From the human T2T-CHM13v2.0 reference genome, Homo sapiens, in the NCBI RefSeq assembly GCF_009914755.1, contig NC_060933.1: a stretch of DNA of 64,000 nt; one strand, 5' to 3'. The notes under the pieces are model-generated. The model saw only the letters and a list, made by a program, of their open reading frames with translations. It had not been told where the DNA came from and made no database searches. Both the position numbers and the translations under genes were made by a program. Shown here one piece after another: positions 54,713-64,000 of this stretch. Position 1 is the stretch's first letter, and every line of letters begins with the position of its first letter.

Positions 54713-56033
54713 ATAATAAGTTGATGATAGGACTTGTATCCAAGATTCTAAATAAAACGTCACTATCCTAGTATCTTATTAGCAAGTATTCTTTTTTAAA
54801 TTCCTATTACAAAACTTGTATGAAGAAAAACTGAATCACTTTTATTAAACAAAACTAAAGCATTTATCTAATTTCACATTTCTTGATGGTTTGATTCAGA
54901 AGCATGGTCTTTTGATAAAATGAAAATAATAACCCACTTTTTAAATTTATCCACCTAAACTGACCGTATGAAAAATACTTCCAAACCTCCATTGATCATA
55001 TAGAAATAAAAAGGACATTTAAAAGATGGATTTAATCCAAAGTGAAATCAGTTCAACAAGTTTCTCCATGTAAGCACAGGATGAAAATATAGACTGAATA
55101 AATTATTTTTTCTGCCAAAAAAAATCAAATCTTTTATTGCAAATAGTAACTTTCAGGAGGCCAAAATTTGTTGCAAAAATCAAACACAATTTTAAATGTT
55201 TATATCTCACCATTATCCAGTTTTAATTGTTTTCCTTTCAGAAATGTAGATACAAATTGTATATATTCCATCTTCCCAATACAATTTTCCGATCATGTTG
55301 TCTCCAAGAAAAATACTCTTGCAGACATAATTCTGCATATATAGTATAAGGTCTTGCCATAGCCATGTATTTACATCTTTAATTCATAAAAAAAAAAAAA
55401 AAAGAATCCGCTTAGAATGTCTACTAAGCAAACTACAGCTAAAACTATTGGGCAAAAAATAAAGCTAAATAGCTAAAACTAAATGTTACTGCTCTAAAGA
55501 AACTGCTTTTCTTATATAAGCAATGCATTACAAATATTTGGCATTCTAGAAAATAAAACAAAAAGTTTTCCTTTCATTTCTACTTCAGCTATGCTTCCAT
55601 GTAAGATTTTATTGCATAGTTTAAGAGTAGGTTAGCACTTTCGTTATTAACCACATTTTTCAAGAGTTTATAACAGTGCTGAAATTTCTTTTCCACCTTT
55701 CTTACTTGATATTGCAAGAAAATTCAATTATATGTTTGGAAATTCAAGGAGACTCATTTTAAGTGTTTTTATATTTCTCTTTTACCATTTTACATTGAAA
55801 CTCAAACAAACTTCTTCCAATAACACAAGGACTGAAATTTCAAGATGACAGGAACAATCAGGCTTATTTTATTCTCATTACATAATCTAAGTTTTCTATT
55901 TTAAAGAAATAATTTAAGCAAAGAAGGTTGAAGAGTGATCTCAAGAATTATGTTTTTAAGTTTTTATGAAATAAAAATTTTCCTATCATCCTTTCTTTTC
56001 CCTTTCAGCTAGAATGACAAGATTGTTGAATCA

Positions 56034-56369
<336 letters not shown>

Positions 56370-59189
56370 ATATAGAAATTATTTTATACATTTATAAACA
56401 AATTTATTATTTATAGAAATATGATATAGTTTGTGAAAGATCCTCAGCATATTTCAAAAATATTTACTGATCGCATTTGACTCTTTGGAAATATAAAATC
56501 CTATTTCTATGAATACATAATGTTGCATATTCTTAATATCCATCAGAGTTTATGCCCCAAATGTGTAAATATCACTTTCTAATAACTGTATTTGATTATT
56601 ATGACTACAGAACCCTTTATCTCTTTAATGAGTTACTGTTAATATCATTAGATATTACCAATATGCACCTTAAAAACGTAAAATGCTCATGTATCCATTT
56701 CAACTGAAAAAATAGATTAAAAATAGAAGTAAATGCTTTGAACACTTATTTGTGCCATGCTTTATGCTCCATAAGGTCACTATGGACAGTGTCTAAAGTT
56801 GCACAATGTGGAATGTGAAGAATGAGCCTAGGTATTTGGCCCTTAGTAATTCTATACTACAAATAATTTTTGGTTCTGTGTGGTGCAACGAACAACACAA
56901 ATCCTATTAATTATATCAAAATTAGTATTTGTTTAGCAAATATTTCTTCATTTCTTAGATGTTATGAGATTACATACTAGAACACTGACTTTGAAAACTG
57001 TGCTATAATTATAATTGGTTTAGTTAATATATCACTATTATTTTTATTGTTATTATTTGAAATACCAGCTATTGTGACTACAGTGTTTTGCTTGGAACAT
57101 TAGTGATTTCCCTATCAAGAACAGCACTTGGAGTAGATTTCTAACGATTACACCTGAATTTCAACATATTTATATTTTGTCATTTATAATTAACAACTAA
57201 TATCTGAAAGAAAGCTCATCTAATCTAGGTCATGACTATTTTTGATGCATATAATATTTTGTACTTCTTTGTGGTTTAAGAAAAGTTTCAGGCTAGAATA
57301 TGAGTTAAAAGCATATTCCATTTAGTGTTTTCATTTTTTTCAACAGGGGCTTCAGAGTTAAACATAGAAGACAGATGATGTTATTATTTCTTTTCCATGT
57401 TACAGAAGTTACTGATTGAGCTGAGTGTGCGTGAGAAAAACTAGGAATAAACTTTAGTTTAAGAAAATAAAATTGATATCATAGAACAAAATAGTTTTTA
57501 CTAGTGAGCTGAAGGTATTTCATCTATGTTTCTTCTGTGGACTCCCCCCTCAGACTGCAGGAGTAAAACTCACCATGAAATTCAAAGATCACTTTAAATT
57601 GTGTTATGATGTAACAGGATCTCTTTACATCTGTCATTTAAAACTTAGAAGTGATAAATCTTTTGTTTCAATTATATGTCTAAGTTGAGTTTGTATAGCA
57701 CAAACACATAGCAAGTACTCTTTCTTTAGTATCATTAAAAGTTGACAAAATTATTTCTGGCATAAAAAACTTGTTTTAATGATAAGCCTCTCAAGTTATA
57801 TATGCTTGAAAAAACTGTAGATTTTTAAAAATTCAATAACAAACTGAGAAAGTACAAAAATCAGCAACAGACTCAAATCAAAATCTGTCAGAAATATTGA
57901 TTACAGTGAAATATTTTATTGAGCTACTTTCAAGGATGAGTTTTCAGTAAAAATCGCTAATTTAACCTTTAATCAGTAATAGGATAAAATGATTTAATAA
58001 AGAAAAATCTAAAAGTGGTTGACCCTTTCACACGTATGTTTTGGATATAGTTAATACATTCAGCTTTATGGGTTTTTATAGTTACTACAATATTTAATAA
58101 TAAAAATACGTGGTAAATATTTCTAGCAAGATCTAAATTACACTAAATTATAATTTTAATGTTCTAACCTCAATTTTCTTGACCGCTGTTAATATGAAGC
58201 TATGAAATTTCATAATTCTTATAATAGCCAAGTTCATCCAGTAGTCTTGAATTACTCTTAGTTATGATTCTGTTGATAAACAAAATTTGAAATCTGAATT
58301 ATATTCAGCTCTAACAAGTGCAATTGAATTGACATTTGCCAGTCAGAGGTGGAGGCCAGACAATACTTCATATCTAAAAAGGTCTTACCTATGCATCAAC
58401 CGCTGGCAATATATGTCATAAAACTATGGCTATGAAGTTTCAATTGCCCTATGGCTTTTGGACAATATATAAACTAAAACATGCAGAAGATGACTTTTTG
58501 GCCTATCTTTACTATCTCCAGAAATCTAAAACCTTCTCCATAATCTATTTCAACATTTGCCAAAGTGTTTTTTTTAATGGCTTATTCTTACGCTTCACTT
58601 GGTTTTTTTGTTTTCTTGACCATAGCAGTACATACCGGTGCAAAAATTACAAAAACTTACAAATGAATGAATATAAAACCCTCACATAGCTCTCTCAGCT
58701 ATTTACCTTTCTTGCCACATTTTCAAACCATTTCTTTGATTCCTCTTTTTATTTTAGTTCAAATATCAATGCAATCTGAATTCTCCTGGTCAAAATCTGT
58801 CCCATATATTTAAACAGAGATATCACATTGTTCATAGGTTTTCCTTTAGATATAAAATATGCAGGATTGTTTAAATTATAGGTCTTCATGTCTAAGGACA
58901 TTCTTACAGAACCATCCCTGTATTGGATTTTGCTATTATGGTGGTACTATGAATGCCCTCCTTACATCTTTACTCTTATAATAATCTCCCAATGTGCCCC
59001 CCTTGTCTCCTGTCCCAGAATGGCAAATTGTTTTCATCCCCTGTGCCAACTCCAATTAATTGGTAATGGAAGCCCAGAATGCTACCTTGAGAAAGATTCC
59101 GAGAACACACCTGGGCTCAGTAGAGAGTTCTGTGTTGGATTAGTGAAGTCAGCTCTGTGGCAGTGCTCCAGCTCATCCTCTATTTTGTC

Positions 59190-59705
59190 AGAGTGATGTT
59201 TCTAAAAGCACAGTCAGATGATATCAGCTCCCTGCTTGAAAGTCTTCATTTCTTCCCAACTGTCCAGCAAATAATGTCCAAGCTTTTTGAAGATTGCCAT
59301 TAAAAATTTGCCAATGCTGGCTCCGAACATCCCTTACTGTTTCTCTGCCATTCCATGCTCCTAGATGTAATTACAGTACTATTTCTTATATTATACAATA
59401 TTGCATTTTCCCTTCTCTATACCTTTATTCATAAATAGTCATTGGTCCAAATCTTACTTGAATATCAAAGTCCAGCTCAAATGCTATTTCCTCTATCTGA
59501 GTATGCTAGATTTCTTCAGGTATTCTTGATAAGTCCCTTCTCAACCCTCCCAGTCTTTTGAAATATATATATATTTCTTTGGCAAACATCTCATTCTCCA
59601 ATAGTTCTTCAGCACTTTGTGCAACGACTTTTATACCTGTGAATCTTTCTCCAACTTAGGGGATGTCAGCATAGTAGGGATTCAACATCTTTGTTTAATA
59701 ATGAA
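59190..59705 (+). mobile_element. L2 fragment
   Basis: cagagtgatgtttctaaaagcacagtcagatgatatcagctccctgcttgaaagtcttca...cagctcaaatgctatttcctct. Confidence 0.7.
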
Positions 59706-60227
59706 TTGTCATAAAACATCCATAACATTATTTTAATCAGCTTGGATTTATAAATATAACTTCAGCAACCTAGCACAAGTTTTCTACATTGCATTTTTTT
59801 CTTTGTATAAATGGCACATACCGTGACAGCTAAATATCTAAGTGTGAGATATCACACGGAGTAATTCTATAGACAAAGGTGTACAGAGCAATAGGTAAAT
59901 TTCTGTGTTTTAACTGATAAAGTAGGTATAAGAGAGTACGGCTGTTTTGAGAACAAATACTACAGTGTGCTTTCCAAGATGGTAGAATGTATTTGAATGA
60001 AAAAAAAAGTGTGTAAATGCATATGTATGCATGCAACTGTGTACCACACACACAATTAAACTTAATGCCACCTCTAAGCTTTGCTTAAATTTTAAACAAA
60101 ATCTGATAACTCTTAATGCTGGAGTTATAATTTGGCACATTAAATTTCCAATTTTGCTAAAAAGGAAATATTCACAGAAACCCTAGCAGTGTTTCTGGAT
60201 AATACAGAACGTTAAAATATGCGATGG

Positions 60228-60830
60228 TCTTGCTAATCAAAGTGTGATCTCTGGGCTAGCAGCACATGGGGCATGAACTAGAAACTTGATAGAAATGCAG
60301 TATCTCTAGGCATATGTTCTCAGGATCACCTGGAGGCTGTGTCACGGGTTATTGGTCACTCATATTTGGCTCAGAATAAATCTCTATAATACTAAAAAAA
60401 AAAAAAAAAAGAAGAAGAAGAAGAAATGCAGTATCTCACTAGCCACCAACGTACTACTGAATCAGAGCCTAAATTTTAACAAGATTCTCAGGTCATTTAT
60501 ATATGGATAAACATTTGAGAAGCACTGGTCTAGAAAACTAAATCCCTTAGAGCTTTAGCAAATACTGAAACATGGATCACCACCCACAGAGACTGTGATT
60601 TGATTGGTCTGGGTGTATCCTATGAGGTGGGGTTTTTAAAAGCTCCCCAAGTATTTCTATTTCTCAGCCAAGGTTGAGCAAACTTTGGTGGGTATTGGAA
60701 TCACCAGGGAAACCTGGTAAAAATATGAAGGGCCAGGCATTCTGCTACTTTAAAAACTTGGGCCTCTGAGCCCAGAATTCTCTAGCTTTTTCTGATACAC
60801 ACCGTAGTTTGAGAGCAACTGGTCTAGAGA
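60228..60830. mobile_element. Cluster of MER5A/MER5B elements; the first is interrupted by a retrocopy
   Basis: tcaaagtgtg...agaaatgcag...tactgaatcagagcctaaattttaacaagattctcagg...tttgagaagcactgg; tgattggtctggg...aaagctccccaag. Confidence 0.85.
60307..60421 (+). mobile_element. L1-mediated retrocopy of a polyadenylated MER4-group LTR transcript end
   Basis: 16-bp TSD agaaatgcagtatctc (60291-60306, 60422-60437); AATAAA at 60375; A17 plus (GAA)n tail. Confidence 0.85.
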
Positions 60831-60909
60831 AATTCTACTATAGGAAATCTGGAAGTCTCCGCTGTTCAGATGATGAATACTGATGAGATATGAATATATG
60901 CGAGCACAT

Positions 60910-61760
60910 TTCCAAAGGCACCCACCTCAAGAATCTCACTCTATGGTTATTTTAATAAAATGCTAATTTGGATAGTACTATCTATGAAAGGGCTTTAAAG
61001 ATGAAATTAACATTACAATCAGCTGACCTTAAAGATGATCTGAGTGAGCTCAATTTAATTACATGAGCCTTTAAAAGTATGAGAGTCAAGCAGAGAGAAG
61101 ACAAGAGGAAAACAGGAGATAAATAAAATAATCTCTGTTCAAAATAATCAACATCAGACTAGTTAACAACCTTAAAAGAAAGATCACAGAAAATGGAGAT
61201 AAAGGAAAGAAATACCATGAGAGAATTTCCCAAAACTAAAACACATTTGTTTCCATATTGAAAAGGCCAACTGAAGAAAATAAAAGGAATACAAATAAAA
61301 ACATACCCACACAAAGAAGCGTAATTGATATTTCAGAACACCAAACAATCATCATTTGCAGGAAGAAAAACAATCCCATCACATACAGAAGATTGAGTAT
61401 TAGAATGCTATCAAGTCTCTTCAGTGGCACTCTGGAAGTTAAAAATCAATGCCAGTAAAATTAAATGGAAATGATATTGAAACTCAGAATTCTGTCCCTA
61501 GCCAAAGTAGCAATTGTGTATTAGGATAAATTCAATGTTTACCTTCAAAGCACTGTGTCTTAAGAAACTATTAGAAATATGAGGCAAAAAAAGAGCAAAA
61601 AAGGTCAAGGCAGGAGTTCTGGAAAAAGTAGATTCACATAACAATGGGAGCTGAAAGAAATTTCCAGCGTCAGAAAATGAGTGTTATTGGAATACAGCTG
61701 TGCAGAAGGCCCAGGAATCAGTCAATCTAGATTGGAGGAAGGAGACAAAGAACCCTGAAA
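60910..61760 (+). mobile_element. MLT1 fragment followed by an old L1/HAL1 ORF1-region fragment
   Basis: caatcagctgaccttaa...aattacatgagcctttaaaag; gagaatttcccaaaactaaa...tttccatattgaaaaggcca...agaattctgtccctagccaaa. Confidence 0.6.
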
Positions 61761-61782
61761 GATATGTCTACAATTTCAAGAA

Positions 61783-61996
61783 ATAGAGGAAATAGAGAAA
61801 AAGAAAAAGAAAGGTATGAAGAAAGGAAGGAAGGAAGGAAGGAAGGAAGGAAGGAAAGAAGAGAGGGAGGAAGGAAGGAAAGAAGAGAGGGAGGGAGGGA
61901 CGGAGGGAGTGGGGGAAAGAAGGGCAGGGGAAGGAAGGGAAGGAAGGGGGGTGAGGGAAAGAAGGAAGTAAAGAAGGAAGGGAGAGAGGGAGAAGC
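61783..61996. repeat. Polypurine (GGAA)n/GA-rich low-complexity tract
   Basis: Eight consecutive GGAA units from 61825 within ~210 bp of near-pure purines. Confidence 0.95.
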
Positions 61997-64000
61997 AGAT
62001 AGTCACTATGGGTTTGACCAAGAGTCAGCTCGTTTTTATGGTCAGCTTTGTAGATCTGTTTAATTCAAAACCCTGGACATGCTCTACATTTATCATTTGA
62101 AATAAGTCCATACAGTTCAATTAACAAAAGCTTAAATTAACCCCCCTTTACTCAAATGAAAATCCTTCCCTTCTTGAAATATTTTTGTTTCTGTAAATTA
62201 AGGAACAAATTAGTAAGACTAAAATAACATATTTTCATGAACTGATTCCTTAGGGTTTTTTCCAGGAATTTCCCTCAGCTAAGAGAGATTCACTTTATAT
62301 TTAGTAGTTCTTAACATTTCTATAGTTATTCCTAAACTATTCATTTGATAAAGAAAATTAATTTGAAATTAAGTACAGTTATAAATACATAGAGAAACAA
62401 ATCAAAATTGTGACAGCGAAAAAAGAAAATTTTCTTCAACAAAGTCACCTCTTGCTTAGGAAATGTAATGTTATTTCACATTGTATTAATACATTCAGTA
62501 ACCTCATTACCAAAATAATCATTAATAAATAAACCTGTGTTTCCACAGTCACTTTGATTGAAATGAGTGCACCATTTGATCCTCATTTCTTTACGTGATG
62601 TGAAAACTCGTTTTCACCTGAAAGTCTCTTGAGATGAGAAACAACACACTATCAATTTGGCTTGATAAGGTTGCTACTCACCTACCTTCACATCAAAACA
62701 ATGAGGATCAGCCCATTTTCTTGAGGAAGTCATGCTAAATAAAGCCTCCTGGAGCATTATGTTGTCCACGACCCAATAAGGAATAGTGGCAAAAATCAAA
62801 TATATCTAATACTCAATGGTTGCTTAAAAGTAAACTTGATTCTCTCTTTTGGCTTTTTGTGACATTTAATACCTACTTTATTTTGTCAAGAGAACATTCC
62901 CAAGTTACACTGTAAGACATGGAACAGCCTAAATCCTGAAAATATATTTCAAAAGTGACACAGTGAAGAAATTGTATTATTTTTCTATAGGTTATAGTAG
63001 AAAAATGGGTTAACTCATACCTAAACAGTTTATATTTAAAAGCACATTTAGTTAGAAAATTTTGATTTCTGGTATCAAACACTCCATTTTAATCTATGTG
63101 AACAAAATACTTTCCTAGCCTTTGATTAGATCTAACTTATTGATCCAAATCACTGAGCTGAATTCAACTGACACATATTCAGTTGTTTTTTTTAAAAAAA
63201 GTAGGAAAATTGGAGTTGGATGACATATTAGAAACTCAAATAATTTCATTTTGTAAATGACAAAACTAAAGCCTAGAGAAGAATGGATGACTTTGTCATA
63301 CACTTTTTAGTAGGCACCATTCTATTCTTTTTAATCAGTGGAATTGTTCCTCTCTACATGACAATAAATAATAATATTACTAATAATCAGTATGTGCAAA
63401 CTACTAGAATATTTTATGTGCATTACTAATAACAATTATAATAGTCCATGTTTTATTTTTATACATGAAGAATCTGATTCTGAGACCGACTACATTCCCA
63501 AGCCCCAAATAGCAGTAAATGGTAGGACAAGACCTTCAAAGGCTATACTGTTTTGCCGTGCCATGCTAGGTCCCACTTCAGTTGGCCATATCATTTGATC
63601 CAGACATAATTAAAAAGGAGGGAAAATCCATCTGGGAAGTTTTTCACACATGGACTAAAGTTTACTAATCGATGCAGAGTTAAATTATCATTTGCTTCAA
63701 CATATGGTTGCATTTTTTTTGTTTGATGACTAAACTAATACTACTGGTATTAAATAGTGAACTGAATTAATAGGAAATTACTGAAGCCTAAAGTTTGTGA
63801 TGTTTTAACAAATCCAGGTGGGCCATAATTTCAATAATGTTTCTCAATACATTAATAACTTCATACTCTAATTGCCTGATATCCTATAGTTATGTTTTAA
63901 TTTAATTACAAAGATGCACATTAACATAATCATAAAAATTCAGCTACCATAACTTTATACAAAGCCTTGGTTAAAAATAGAAAACAGAATATACTGTTAC

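Noticed and set aside
61764-62063. 99-aa R/K/E/G-rich ORF
   Set aside because: Translation of the GGAA low-complexity tract.

Overview
AT-rich, CpG-depleted primate (human-like) non-coding DNA. I find no host protein-coding gene, CpG island or structural RNA gene, and I cannot name the locus. Interspersed repeats dominate: old L1/L2/MIR, Alu J/S/Y, FLAM/FRAM, MaLR and ERV solo LTRs, Tigger and Charlie transposons. The centrepiece is a near full-length, coding-dead HERV-L provirus with MLT2A LTRs (11867-19560, GGCCC target-site duplication) inserted into an older MLT1F-like LTR. Both LTRs carry locally templated rearrangements: (1) a 172-bp inverted copy of upstream host DNA plus a snap-back hairpin in the first bases of the 5' LTR; (2) a 100-bp antisense copy of the provirus's own gag start beside a ~950-bp alternating purine-pyrimidine minisatellite; (3) a deletion, patchwork filler and micro-inversion at the end of the 3' LTR. 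Other notable items are an L1-mobilised retrocopy of a MER4-type LTR transcript end (16-bp TSD) and an old local duplication of a Tigger3a end with its flank. Repeat subfamily names come from my memory of the consensus sequences, not from a search.
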